Source: an uncultured bacterium (GTDB taxonomy: Bacteria > Verrucomicrobiota > Kiritimatiellia > CAIKKV01 > CAITUY01). Taken from it: a stretch of DNA of 64,000 nt. Location: NCBI GenBank assembly GCA_903908715.1, contig CAIVSY010000041.1, positions 11,314 through 75,313 on the forward strand, read 5' to 3'. The translations under genes and the position numbers were made by a program. The notes beneath the pieces are model-generated. The model made no database searches. It was given only the letters and a program-made list of their open reading frames with translations, and was not told where the DNA came from. Within the stretch, counting starts at the first letter, position 1, and each line of letters opens with the position of its first letter. Positions 29,164 to 39,351 of the stretch are shown here, piece by piece.

Positions 29164-29489
29164 GCTTCTTCTCCCGGCAGAGCCGGGTACGCGACGGGAA
29201 CCCTGCCTCGGGAAATTCCATCAAGGCGCGGACTATAGCATCCTGTTGTGAATATGCAATGGGCACGGGGTTACGTCGCAGGGGCGTGTTGCCCAAAGTT
29301 GCCTCTTGTGTCCGGGTGCGGCATCTCGACCGGTCTTGTGTGCCCAAAAAAAGAACCGTTTGGCAAAAACGTCCGCAACGACACGTTGTGCTTGGTGCTT
29401 GCTATGGGGAAAGGGTTCGAGTATCATTCTGACCCTTACATTGGCGGGGCGTTCTGCATGAAGCAGTCTGCCACCACGGGAGGTATGCC

Positions 29490-30008
29490 ATGAAGTACTG
29501 GTTGCTGTTGCCGTTGGTTTTCATGCTGGGCTGTGAAGTGGATACCCGTACGGAAGGGGATGATTCGGATAACGCCTCCGCTCCCGCCGCGCAGACTGGG
29601 GATACCGCCGCGACAACCCCGACAACAGCGGAAGAGGCCGCAGGCCAGGCGGAATGGGATTCAATCAAGTGGCATACATCCAGCGGTCCCTCCTGCAAGG
29701 GTGCGGTCAAGGTTATGAATCTTTCGGCTCGCATATCCAGCGATGGCTCCAAGGTTTCCTTCACCTGGGATCGTTATCCCTGGTCGGGAATGGGGCTTGG
29801 GCATTTCTTTGTCTGGAACGGCAGCGGGTGGAGCGGCGGGAAATTCGACTGGATCCGCCAGGGAGGACAAAGCACCAAGCTTCTGGAGAATGTGCACGAG
29901 GGGTACAATGGCCTGCGCGCTCCGCCGTCGGGAACCCGTTGCGCCTTTGCCTGGACATCCAGCGATGGCGACGAGCGCAGCAACCTGGCTTACACGGTTT
30001 GGCCCTGA
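29490..30008 (+). CDS. Putative lipoprotein, Trp/Gly-rich C-terminal domain
   Basis: MKYWLLLPLVFMLGC lipobox, low-complexity linker; GGAGG RBS. Confidence 0.75.
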   Translation: MKYWLLLPLVFMLGCEVDTRTEGDDSDNASAPAAQTGDTAATTPTTAEEAAGQAEWDSIKWHTSSGPSCKGAVKVMNLSARISSDGSKVSFTWDRYPWSGMGLGHFFVWNGSGWSGGKFDWIRQGGQSTKLLENVHEGYNGLRAPPSGTRCAFAWTSSDGDERSNLAYTVWP

Positions 30009-30063
30009 TCCGGGCGGGGGCCATGCAGGGCGCCCGGAAGAACCCTGTGGTTTGTGCCGGGCA

Positions 30064-30423
30064 CTAGAACCGGCCGGACGACAGCAGGACAAGCGTGCAG
30101 GCTTCCAGGACAAGCATGCCGTGCCCGCGCAGGGTTGATTCCAGCTTGAGATTCTCTGCGCCGGGATTGAAGATTACGCGACCGGCTCCGCAGCGGGCCA
30201 TTTCCCCGCCGATGGCATCGGACTTGTCAGCGCCGACGTAGACCGTGATCGTATCGATCCTTTCAGGGATATCGGCGAGAGAATGATAGACAGGGAGTCC
30301 CTCGATATTTTCCAGCTCGGGATGCACGGGAAAGACCTTATGGCCTGCTTCCCGCAGGCGCATCACGGCCTTGTAGCTGTATCGTTCAGGCTGATCACTG
30401 GCGCCAATCACCGCAACATTCAT
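30064..30423 (-). CDS. CoA-binding protein (YccU-like)
   Basis: VAVIGAS, VFPVHP, FNPGAEN, ACTLVLL. Confidence 0.85.
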   Translation of the reverse strand: MNVAVIGASDQPERYSYKAVMRLREAGHKVFPVHPELENIEGLPVYHSLADIPERIDTITVYVGADKSDAIGGEMARCGAGRVIFNPGAENLKLESTLRGHGMLVLEACTLVLLSSGRF

Positions 30424-30541
30424 GGGGGTGCATGCTATCCGGCGCAGAGCCTGTTTTCAAGAGGGACCTTTTTGCGTGGTTTGGACTGCGGTCAAAATGC
30501 CCCATTGCGGGGCACGTGTGAGTTGCTATCATGCACCCATC

Positions 30542-30811
30542 ATGTTGCGGCAAATCTGTTGGAAAGAACGGAATGAGGAAGGCATACGCCGCGAGATCCG
30601 CGTAACCGTTCAGCGGGGAAAAGTGCGGTGGCAGTTCAAGTCGGAGGATGAAGAGCGCTGGGAGTATGATGCCCCGCCTTCCGTGTCCGATTGGGATTCC
30701 CTCCTGGAACGCATGGAAAACCGCTATCAACGACGTAGTGTCTCGTTTGATGATCTCCTGCTGGTCCGTCGCGAACACGCGCAGGCGACCGGCAAGGGGA
30801 TTCCTGCGTAG
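30542..30811 (+). CDS. Hypothetical protein
   Basis: WKERNEEGIRREIRV...WDSLLERMENRYQRR; stop 3 nt before the next gene. Confidence 0.6.
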   Translation: MLRQICWKERNEEGIRREIRVTVQRGKVRWQFKSEDEERWEYDAPPSVSDWDSLLERMENRYQRRSVSFDDLLLVRREHAQATGKGIPA

Positions 30812-30814
30812 CCC

Positions 30815-31663
30815 ATGAATCCATTGACAGACAATTCGGGGAAGCTCCATGTCTGCGGGGCCTGCTGTACCCGCCTCGAGCAGTTCGGTGTGCGTTTGGG
30901 GGCGCGAACCATCCTGGAGAACATCAACCTCCATATGCATTGCGGCGAATTGACCGCAGTCATCGGCCCCAATGGGGCCGGCAAGACGACCTTGCTGCGC
31001 GCGATGATCGGTGATGTCCCCCATACCGGAGCGCTTCGTTTTGTCCACCATGACAAGGTGGAGAGTTCCAAACCCCTGCGCATCGGTTATGTGCCCCAGA
31101 AGGTGGAAATTGACGCGACCTCGCCGACAACGGTCATGGATCTGTTCACGGCCGCGTTGACCCGCCGCCCGGTATGGATGGGTGCGTCCGGGCCGGTGCG
31201 CCGGCAGGCCGGCGATGCGCTGGAGCGGGTTGGTGCCGGGTCGCTGACAAATTGCAAGCTCGCCGAGATTTCCATGGGCCAGCTGCAGCGGGTGTTCCTG
31301 GCCCTTGCCCTGGTGCCTGTCCCGGAAATCCTCTTGCTGGATGAGCCGGTATCCGGAGTGGATCGTGCCGGAACCGCCTTGTTTTACGAGACGGTCTCCC
31401 GCATGCGCACGGAATTCGATCTTTCGATTCTTCTCGTTTCGCATGACCTGACGGCTGTTGCGGCTGTGGCGGACCGGATGATCCTGCTGGACCACACCAT
31501 TCTCTGCGATGGCGTTCCCCGGGAGGTATTGTTGAGCCCGCGGATCCGCGAGACCTTCGGATTTGGTTTCACGGCGGAGGAAATTCCCGAGCAAAGGCCA
31601 GCCACCGTGGCCTTGGCGCATATGGAGTCCCGGCCGGAAGGCAGGAAGGAGCCGGCGCTTTGA
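30815..31663 (+). CDS. Metal (Zn/Mn) ABC transporter ATP-binding protein, ZnuC-like
   Basis: GPNGAGKT, IGYVPQ, LLLDEP, VSHDL. Confidence 0.9.
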   Translation: MNPLTDNSGKLHVCGACCTRLEQFGVRLGARTILENINLHMHCGELTAVIGPNGAGKTTLLRAMIGDVPHTGALRFVHHDKVESSKPLRIGYVPQKVEIDATSPTTVMDLFTAALTRRPVWMGASGPVRRQAGDALERVGAGSLTNCKLAEISMGQLQRVFLALALVPVPEILLLDEPVSGVDRAGTALFYETVSRMRTEFDLSILLVSHDLTAVAAVADRMILLDHTILCDGVPREVLLSPRIRETFGFGFTAEEIPEQRPATVALAHMESRPEGRKEPAL

Positions 31664-32493
31664 TTCCGGTCTGGAACCAGATGGTTTCCGCCCTGCCGCT
31701 GGAATGGGCCCAGTATGGATTCATGCAGAATGCCCTGCTGGCCGTCTTGCTGGTCACTCCGCTTCTGGCCTTGCTCGGATGCCTGGTCATCAATCACCAG
31801 ATGGCTTTTCTTTCGGAGGCGATAGGGCACTCGACTCTTACGGGACTGGCCGTGGGGGTGCTGCTGGGTTTGCGGGAACCGGTGGCGGCCGTCATCGGTT
31901 TTTCCCTGTTGCTGGGGATACTGGTGGTATGCCTCCGCCGTTTCAGCGCTGTCTCGATGGACACTGCCATTGCGCTTCTGATGGCCTGCGTGGTTTCCCT
32001 TGGCGTCGTGCTGCTTTCCCGCGGGGGTGGGTTCAGTCGATATTCCCGTTATCTGGTGGGGGACATTCTGACCCTTTCGGATGCCGAGATCGTCCGACTG
32101 GCGGTACTGCTTGGGCTGGTGGTCCTGATATGGCGGCTGTTTTTCAATTCGCTTTTCCTTGTCCATCTGAACCGGACACTGGCGGCAAGCCGGGGTTTTG
32201 GTGTTGCGCGGGCGGAAGCAGGTTTTTCCATTCTTGTGGCGCTTGTCGTGGCGGTGGCCATGCCGTGGGTGGGCCTGCTGGTGATCAATGCCATGCTGAT
32301 CCTGCCGGCGGCCGCCGCCCGGAACCTGGCACGGAACACACGGCAGTACACTGTGATGGCGGTGCTGTTCGGCATGGTGTCGGGCGTGCTGGGACTGGTG
32401 ACTTCCTTCTATGCCAATACGGCAACGGGAGCCACCATCGCCCTCTGGTCTTCCGGTTTCTTTGTGCTGTCCATCTTCCTGCGCCGCCGCTAG
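31660..32493 (+). CDS. Metal ABC transporter permease, ZnuB-like
   Basis: MAFLSEAIGHS, YLVGDIL, LILPAAAA; TTG start overlaps upstream stop. Confidence 0.9.
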   Translation: MIPVWNQMVSALPLEWAQYGFMQNALLAVLLVTPLLALLGCLVINHQMAFLSEAIGHSTLTGLAVGVLLGLREPVAAVIGFSLLLGILVVCLRRFSAVSMDTAIALLMACVVSLGVVLLSRGGGFSRYSRYLVGDILTLSDAEIVRLAVLLGLVVLIWRLFFNSLFLVHLNRTLAASRGFGVARAEAGFSILVALVVAVAMPWVGLLVINAMLILPAAAARNLARNTRQYTVMAVLFGMVSGVLGLVTSFYANTATGATIALWSSGFFVLSIFLRRR

Positions 32494-32593
32494 CCGCAAG
32501 GCGAAGGCCCCTGCCGGAAGGAGCGGGAGGCATGGAAAAAACGTGCCTGTTGACGGGAAAGTCGTTAGATTGGGACGTCAAACGCAGGGAACG

Positions 32594-33340
32594 ATGAAAT
32601 TCAACAAGACCATAACGGATCAGCGGATGTCGGCCTTTGCCAAGTATCGGCGGGTCTACTACGGAACCCTGCCCCTCGGCCGTGTCCTGGCCGCGGAATG
32701 CATTCTTTTGCTTTGCAGCAGCCTGCCGGGGGCGGCGGGATTCTGGTTGCGAGGCAAACTCTACCGCTGCCTTTTCGCTTCCGTCGGCAAGGGTGTTGTT
32801 TTCGGGCGCCACTTGACCCTGCGGCATCCGCACAAGATCCGCCTCGGGAACCATGTGGTGGTGGATGATAATGTCGTTCTCGACGCAAAGGGCGACCATA
32901 ACCAGGGGATCACGGTGGGCGATCACGTGTTCCTCGGCCGCAACACGATTGTCTACTGCAAGGACGGTGATATCGTGCTGGGGCCCAAGGTCAATATCTC
33001 CTCCAATTGCCAGATATTCTCCTCCAACCGGCTTGTGGTGGGGGCGGGCACCGTGATGGGAGCCTTTTCCTACTTCCTGAGCGGGGGCGAATATGATGCC
33101 GGATCCGAGACGCCTTTCGCCGACCAGGATGTCCAGCCCTCGAAGGGGCCTTTGACTATCGGAGCCAATTCCTGGATTGGCGCACATGTCACCATTACCG
33201 ATGCTTCCTGCATCGGGGAGCATTGCGTGATAGGGGCTGGTGCGGTCGTAGTCAAGCCGATCCCGTCCGACAGCGTGGCGGTGGGTGTGCCGGCCCGTGT
33301 TGTCAAATCCCTGCCGGCCTTCCGGGTTGTCCATGAATAA
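32594..33340 (+). CDS. Hexapeptide-repeat acyltransferase
   Basis: LRHPHKI, IGANSWIG, IGAGAVV, VGVPARVVK. Confidence 0.85.
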   Translation: MKFNKTITDQRMSAFAKYRRVYYGTLPLGRVLAAECILLLCSSLPGAAGFWLRGKLYRCLFASVGKGVVFGRHLTLRHPHKIRLGNHVVVDDNVVLDAKGDHNQGITVGDHVFLGRNTIVYCKDGDIVLGPKVNISSNCQIFSSNRLVVGAGTVMGAFSYFLSGGEYDAGSETPFADQDVQPSKGPLTIGANSWIGAHVTITDASCIGEHCVIGAGAVVVKPIPSDSVAVGVPARVVKSLPAFRVVHE

Positions 33341-34289
33341 GAGATCCGGGCTGATTCTTCTGAAGATTGCCGTCAGTTGCCTGGTGCTGTTCCTGATTTA
33401 CCGCCGGGTCGACCTTGCGTCGGTAGGTTCGTTGTTGACCTCCATCCGCCTGTGGCCGATGGCGTGTTTCTTCGCGCTCTTGACCCTGAATACATTCCTC
33501 AGTGCATGGAAATGGCGGATTTTCCTTGCCGCTGACGGGATTTTCCATCCGGTCGGGCGCCTGTTTGTCAGCTACTATGTTGCCAGTTTCTTTACCGTGC
33601 TTCTGCCCTCGACGATCGGCGGGGATGGTTACCGGGTGTACGACATCACGAGACGCGGATCGGGCGCGGGGAATGTGGCGGCTTCCGTGTTTGCGGACCG
33701 GTTCACGGGTTTTCTTGCGCTCTCGATTCTCGGCATGATCTTCCCGTTTTTCGGCCTGGGCCTGATCCCCGACCGGCGCTGGATGGCTGTGCCGCTGGGG
33801 GTCTTCGGATGCCTGCTTGTCCTGTTCCTGTTGCTGTGCCGTCACACGCTGCTATTGCGCCTCATGGGCTGTTTCCGCCTGGACAGGGTCGGCGTCCTCC
33901 GGCGGTTTGCGGACCGGTTCTTTGAGTCCATCCAGGTGTACCGCCAGCGGCCTGGGACTCTTTTGCGGGCGATGGCGCTTTCGTTCTGGTTCCAGGGTAA
34001 CGTGATCCTGGCGGTGTTCTGCTTATCCCGCGCCCTGGGCCTGGATGTTCCGTTGTTGTTCTACGGCGTGGCCGTACCGATTGTTTCGCTGATCGAGGCT
34101 GTCCCGGTTTCCATCTTCGGGATCGGCTTGCGGGATACCGGCTATATGCTGCTGTTCGCCGGGCTTGGCCGGGATCCTGCAGCCGCAGGGGCTTTATCGA
34201 TCCTCTATGTGGCGGCCACGCTGGTGTATGTTGCGCTTGGTGGTGTCGTTTTCCTGTTTCACGGCAAGAAACAACGGAATACTCCATGA
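33333..34289 (+). CDS. Lysylphosphatidylglycerol-synthase TM/flippase-like protein (UPF0104)
   Basis: LPSTIGGDGYR, SVFADR, PVSIFGIGLRD. Confidence 0.85.
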   Translation: MNKRSGLILLKIAVSCLVLFLIYRRVDLASVGSLLTSIRLWPMACFFALLTLNTFLSAWKWRIFLAADGIFHPVGRLFVSYYVASFFTVLLPSTIGGDGYRVYDITRRGSGAGNVAASVFADRFTGFLALSILGMIFPFFGLGLIPDRRWMAVPLGVFGCLLVLFLLLCRHTLLLRLMGCFRLDRVGVLRRFADRFFESIQVYRQRPGTLLRAMALSFWFQGNVILAVFCLSRALGLDVPLLFYGVAVPIVSLIEAVPVSIFGIGLRDTGYMLLFAGLGRDPAAAGALSILYVAATLVYVALGGVVFLFHGKKQRNTP

Positions 34290-36859
34290 GTTCATCCAAA
34301 ATCATTCGTCCTGTGGAACGCGGGTTGCTCGTAATCCTGATCACCGGCCTGCTTTGGACCTGGTTCACCTGGCCCCTGCCGCGCCATGTCTTTTCCGGCA
34401 TCCCCTGGACGGGGCATGCCACCGAACGGAATCCGGTTCGTACCATGGTCTCGGGCGACCATCTCCAGTTGCTGTATCATTTCTGGCTCCTGGGGGACAT
34501 GCTTCGCGGGGACACGCCATGGTTCAACAATCTATACGAATTCAATACCGGCAAGGACGATGCTTCCTACCGGCCGGATCCGTTCTATGTCCCGGTCTCG
34601 CTGGTATATGTCGCCGGGGAGCGCCTGGCCGGTCGTGCGTTCGGGTGGAACCTGGCCGGTTTTATCTCGCTGCTTTTCACCCTGCATTTCACATGGCGAC
34701 TGGGACGGCGCTTCACCGACAGCGACCGCCTTGCGCTGGCCGCCGCGGTGCTGGCCCTGGCCGTACCCTATCGCTGGTTCAGCCTGCTGGGCGGAAGCCC
34801 GACGGGATTCGGCATGACCTTTGTGCCGATGCTTTTTCTTGGGCTTGACCGGGCGATCCGCGATAACCGTGTTTCGGGCGGGCTGCTGGCCGGTTTTGCC
34901 CTCATCATGGCCTACTGTACCGACCTGCATGTTTTTTACTTTAGCATTCTGGCGGTGCCCGCATGGTGTCTGCTGGCGCTCTTCCGCAAGGAAGACTTCC
35001 GTTGGATGAAGCCGCGCGGCTGGTGGCGGATGGCGGGAGCGCTCTGGCCGGTCCTGCTGGGCGTCGTGGCCGCCTACCAGATGAGTGTGCTGGCAGGGGC
35101 CCATCTGTCGGGAACCGATCTTGGGGGCGGCCGTTCCCTGCGAGAGGTGGCCACGTTTTCCCCGCGCGCGGGCGGGTTTTTCGGACTGGGCCAGCCAGGC
35201 CCCGGCCACCACATTTACCTGGGCATCGTGCTGCCGCTTCTCCTGGCTTCCCTTGCGGCCTTTCTGCTGTACCTGCGACGTGGCAAGCCGCGGATTACCG
35301 GCAGGGAGTGGACCTTCCTTGTCATGTCATTGGCCGGGATGGCCGTCATCCTGCTCCTGGCATTGGGACCCAATGGCCCGTTCGGCGGAGCCCTGTTCCG
35401 CTTCTGCCGGTCGGTTTTCCCGAAGTACACGATGATCCGGCAGGCTCCCAAGATCTATTGCCTGCTGCCGTCGCTTGTGGCGTGTTTCATGGCTCTTGCC
35501 TCTGGCATCGTCATGGAGCGCATCTCGCGGAGAAAATGGTTCGGTGGCTTCCTGCTGGTGATGGTCGTTATAGTTGTCATGGAATTCCAGGGACGGATCC
35601 GCGCCGGCATTTGCGAGTTGGACACCCGACAGGCGGCCTACCGCGCCGTGGTGGCCGATGCGGCCAGGAACCACCGCATCGCGCGCGCCCTGGTTTTGCC
35701 GATCTGGCCCGGTAATTCCCATTGGGCTTCGCTGTACGAGCATTATGCATCCCTGCATCGCCTGCGCATGGTCAACGGATACTCGCCGGCGGTTTCCACC
35801 AATTACATCGCATCCGTTTTCCGGCCGCTGGAAAGCGCGAACCTTGGCGAATTGCAGCCGGACCAGCTGGACCAGTTGCGGGACATGGGTGTGGACTACA
35901 TTCTCCTGCATGAAGATGCCTTTCCTGAAAAGGTGAGTCCGTACCCCGTGGTGTTCACCTTGAACGGGTTGCTTTCCAATCCCCGGCTTGAATGGCTGGC
36001 CCAGGATCGGCAGGTTTGGGCGTTCCGGATCCGGACCGGTTCCGGTCAATCGCAGGTGTCCAGCCGTCTCCTGCCGAGTCCTGTGCTGTTCCCGGCGCGG
36101 CAATGGCAGGCGGAATCCAGCCGGGAGCGTACCGGTGCGGCTGCTGACATCCCGATGCTGGGCGCGAGCGGAATGGCCTATGTGTGTCTTTCCGATGCCG
36201 GCGCTTCGCTGGCCTTGCGTCCCACGGCTGTTCCCGCAGTGCCGGGGCAATCCCTGCTGGTTCGCATTGCGGGTGGGGGCGAACTGCGGCTGGATCTTCT
36301 GGCGCGGGAGGCGCCTCCGCGGAGTGCCGCCCTGGAGATCCGCTCGGAATCCTGGAACTGGCGCCGAATTCCATTCACGCCTCTTGACCGGCATGCATGG
36401 GTCACGCCACGGCTGACCGCGATCCAGCCGTTCTTGAATGTCGACATGGCCCTGCTGAGCGGAAGCCCGTGGCGTTCGCCCTTGACGGGACAGAAAGTGG
36501 TTCTGCCCGCTGCCAGTTTCTTCCATGCAGGATACAGCGACCTGGAGGATGGGTGCGTCACTCTATCCCCGGACCGTGATCCGGAAGGCGCTGTCTTCTA
36601 TGGCCTTAACCTGCCATTGGAACCCGGGGAATACGAGTCCGAATTACGGTTTTTCACGGCAGCGCCGGACGGGACGGAACTGGGAGCCATCTCGGCCAGC
36701 GGGGAAGGGGTCTCCGGCACTCCCGCGGTTTTCCGGGCCGGCGGGGCCGCGAGACAGCGGTTCACGGTGGAAAGCGAACTTCCCGTGCGGCTCAATCTTG
36801 AATACCATCGTCAGGCCGTGGTACGATTGGCGTCCTGGACATTGCACAGGATAAAGTAG
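34286..36859 (+). CDS. Large polytopic membrane protein, GT-C/YfhO-like
   Basis: About 12 TM helices; GDHLQ early loop; MVNGYS motif and GVDYILLH; C-terminal soluble domain. Confidence 0.65.
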   Translation: MSSSKIIRPVERGLLVILITGLLWTWFTWPLPRHVFSGIPWTGHATERNPVRTMVSGDHLQLLYHFWLLGDMLRGDTPWFNNLYEFNTGKDDASYRPDPFYVPVSLVYVAGERLAGRAFGWNLAGFISLLFTLHFTWRLGRRFTDSDRLALAAAVLALAVPYRWFSLLGGSPTGFGMTFVPMLFLGLDRAIRDNRVSGGLLAGFALIMAYCTDLHVFYFSILAVPAWCLLALFRKEDFRWMKPRGWWRMAGALWPVLLGVVAAYQMSVLAGAHLSGTDLGGGRSLREVATFSPRAGGFFGLGQPGPGHHIYLGIVLPLLLASLAAFLLYLRRGKPRITGREWTFLVMSLAGMAVILLLALGPNGPFGGALFRFCRSVFPKYTMIRQAPKIYCLLPSLVACFMALASGIVMERISRRKWFGGFLLVMVVIVVMEFQGRIRAGICELDTRQAAYRAVVADAARNHRIARALVLPIWPGNSHWASLYEHYASLHRLRMVNGYSPAVSTNYIASVFRPLESANLGELQPDQLDQLRDMGVDYILLHEDAFPEKVSPYPVVFTLNGLLSNPRLEWLAQDRQVWAFRIRTGSGQSQVSSRLLPSPVLFPARQWQAESSRERTGAAADIPMLGASGMAYVCLSDAGASLALRPTAVPAVPGQSLLVRIAGGGELRLDLLAREAPPRSAALEIRSESWNWRRIPFTPLDRHAWVTPRLTAIQPFLNVDMALLSGSPWRSPLTGQKVVLPAASFFHAGYSDLEDGCVTLSPDRDPEGAVFYGLNLPLEPGEYESELRFFTAAPDGTELGAISASGEGVSGTPAVFRAGGAARQRFTVESELPVRLNLEYHRQAVVRLASWTLHRIK

Positions 36860-36870
36860 GGAGAGACAGG

Positions 36871-37860
36871 ATGAGGATTCTGGTTACAGGGGGCACGGGT
36901 TTTACGGGCAAGGCGCTGGTGCGCAAGCTGCTGAACGACGGGCACCATGTTGTCGCCATGGATAACAAGGAGGGCCTGAAGACCCAGGAACTTCGCGAGT
37001 GGGGTGCCGAAGTGGTGATCGGGTCGGTGACCGACCGGGAACTGGTGCGCAAGTGCATGAAGGGGGTTGAGGTTGTTCATCACCTTGCAGCCGCCTTCCG
37101 CGAACTGAACGTTCCCAACAGCTACTACGAGGAAGTCAACGTCGGCGGGACACGCAACGTGCTGGAGGCCGCGTGGGAAAACAAGGTGTCGAAGTTCATC
37201 TACTGCAGCACATGCGGCGTACATGGCAATGTGGACAATCCCCCCGGAGACGAGACGGCTCCCGTTAAGCCTGCCGATTACTACCAGCGGACCAAGTACG
37301 AGGCTGAGCCCGTGGTCCAGGAATACTTCCGGAAGGGAATGAAGACGGTGATTCTCCGCCCTGCTGCCATCTACGGGCCGGGCGACCCGGAACGGTTCTT
37401 CATGATTTTCAAGCGTGTGGCCTCCGGGCGGTTCCTCATGTTCGGCAACGGGAAGACGCTGTATCATCCGCTCTACATCGACAATCTCGTTGACGCCTTC
37501 CTGCTGGCGATGCAGCCGGGCAAGGGGGACGGGCAGGCCTACCTGATCGCGGATGAGGAGTATGTCCAGATCGAGGATCTGGTCCGCGGGGCGGCGCGTG
37601 CCCTCAATGTTCCGGTTTGGATTCCGCACCTCCCGATCTGGCCGGTTATTGTTGTCGGTCACGTGGTGGAAAAATTCTGCAAGCCGTTCCGGATCACTCC
37701 TCCGATCTTCCCCCGGCGGGTGGACTGGTACCGGCAGAACCGGGCCTTCAACATCGGCAAGGCGAAGCGCGAACTCGGTTACAAGCCGCTTGTCGGGCTC
37801 GACGAGGGGTTGCGCCGCACCGCCGAGTGGTATCGCCGCGAGGGTTACCTGCGGGCCTGA
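36871..37860 (+). CDS. NAD-dependent epimerase/dehydratase (extended SDR)
   Basis: VTGGTGFTG, YQRTK (YxxxK), IYGPGD. Confidence 0.9.
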   Translation: MRILVTGGTGFTGKALVRKLLNDGHHVVAMDNKEGLKTQELREWGAEVVIGSVTDRELVRKCMKGVEVVHHLAAAFRELNVPNSYYEEVNVGGTRNVLEAAWENKVSKFIYCSTCGVHGNVDNPPGDETAPVKPADYYQRTKYEAEPVVQEYFRKGMKTVILRPAAIYGPGDPERFFMIFKRVASGRFLMFGNGKTLYHPLYIDNLVDAFLLAMQPGKGDGQAYLIADEEYVQIEDLVRGAARALNVPVWIPHLPIWPVIVVGHVVEKFCKPFRITPPIFPRRVDWYRQNRAFNIGKAKRELGYKPLVGLDEGLRRTAEWYRREGYLRA

Positions 37861-38543
37861 GGACCCGCAAGGATTTCCATCACACAGGCGGTATCGCCAA
37901 GATCCGGCAGCACTACATCGGCTTCCGCGGCGCGCAGGTCGTCCGTGTTGAACTTCCCGGTGGCGACCGCCACGGCCACGGCGCCGATCGACTTTGCGGC
38001 CGCGATGTCGTTCGGGGTATCCCCGATCAGGAATAATGGCCCGAGGGTGCCGGTGCCGGAAATCTTCCTGCGGACCCGCTCCAGCGCGAGGCGTGCGATC
38101 TCCTTGCGATCGGCATGGTCATCGCCGAAGGCGCCCAGCACAAAGTGATGGTGCAGGTTGAACTGGCGCAGTTTGATGCGGGCACAGGCCGCGATGTTGC
38201 CCGTGACGAGGCCGAGGATCATATCGTGGCGCGCAGACAAGGCTTCCAGCAGGGGCCGGACGCCGGGGTAGAGGATCAGTTCGGCGTTGCGCGCGGCCCG
38301 TTCCAGTTCCTCCGGCAGGAACCGGAAGAAACGACGGCAATCCTCCGGCGTCAGTTCGCGGCCGTGATGGTTCATGACCTGCTGAAGGACATTCAGGTCC
38401 GTGTTGCCCGCGAACTGGATGTAGGAAAGGTCGTCGTTCAGCCGGAAGACCTCGTTGACCGAGGTGACGAAAGCCTTCCGCCCCGCCCCTTTCAGGTCCA
38501 GCAGTGTGCCGTCAATGTCGAAAAGGACGGGGGTGATTTCCAT
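37845..38543 (-). CDS. HAD-family hydrolase
   Basis: LFDIDGTL, VTGN, IGDTPNDI. Confidence 0.9.
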   Translation of the reverse strand: MEITPVLFDIDGTLLDLKGAGRKAFVTSVNEVFRLNDDLSYIQFAGNTDLNVLQQVMNHHGRELTPEDCRRFFRFLPEELERAARNAELILYPGVRPLLEALSARHDMILGLVTGNIAACARIKLRQFNLHHHFVLGAFGDDHADRKEIARLALERVRRKISGTGTLGPLFLIGDTPNDIAAAKSIGAVAVAVATGKFNTDDLRAAEADVVLPDLGDTACVMEILAGPQARR

Positions 38544-38554
38544 GAAGCCGTGTT

Positions 38555-39337
38555 CTAGCGGAGCATGAAGTGGCCGGCGTTGGATTCGGGATGGTGATAT
38601 CTCCGCCGGCCCGCGGTGCGGGGTCCGAACTGGATGGCTTCCTGCGGGCACCATTGCAGGCAGGCCATGCACTGTTCACAGCGGTGCTGCCATGCCGGCT
38701 TGCCATTCTGCAGGGTGATGTTGCCCACGGGGCAAACCTTGGCGCAGAGACCGCAGCTATTGCATCGTTCATCGGCAAAGAATTTTACGTCGCCGGCCGC
38801 AAGGTGTCTGGATCCGAATCGGTAGACGAATCCCGACATGACGGTGCGGCCGAACCATGAGCCGCGGTCGACCTGTCCCCTCCGGCTTGCGTGGAGATCC
38901 TCGAGGATGGCATTCAGCCGGAGTGTCGCTTGATTGAACAACTTCCGTTGCGTCGTCTCGGACGGCGCACCGTAAAGGGGGGTATAGTTACCCGGCATCT
39001 GCACGACGGCCCCGAACGCAAGGGTCAGGTTGCGGCTTGCCAGCGTTTGTTCCAGCTGTGCGAGGGTTCCGCCGGCGCTTCCGCCGCAGGTGACCACCCC
39101 GAAACAGTAGGCGGATGAATCCGCCTGGATCCCGCGGCAGAAGCGTTCCACAATCAGGGGCATCCCCCACATATATACGGGAAAGACGAACCCGATCCGT
39201 TCCGCAGGAGCGGCAGGCGGTTGGAGGATGGCTTGCGGGATCGGGACAACCTCTGCCTCGCCCAGTCCCTTGGCCAGCATGCGGGCGACATACAGGGAGT
39301 TGCCTGTGCCGGAGAAGTAATAGATCCTCGTTGGCAT
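38555..39337 (-). CDS. EFR1-family flavodoxin/4Fe-4S ferredoxin protein
   Basis: YYFSGTGNS, FPVY, CNSCGLCAKVCP, CEQCMACLQWCP. Confidence 0.9.
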   Translation of the reverse strand: MPTRIYYFSGTGNSLYVARMLAKGLGEAEVVPIPQAILQPPAAPAERIGFVFPVYMWGMPLIVERFCRGIQADSSAYCFGVVTCGGSAGGTLAQLEQTLASRNLTLAFGAVVQMPGNYTPLYGAPSETTQRKLFNQATLRLNAILEDLHASRRGQVDRGSWFGRTVMSGFVYRFGSRHLAAGDVKFFADERCNSCGLCAKVCPVGNITLQNGKPAWQHRCEQCMACLQWCPQEAIQFGPRTAGRRRYHHPESNAGHFMLR

Positions 39338-39351
39338 GCTGGTGCCTTCCT

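Noticed and set aside
30815-32493. Metal ABC transporter lacking a binding protein as a novel system
   Set aside because: Solute-binding genes are often encoded elsewhere, so this cannot be judged from one window.
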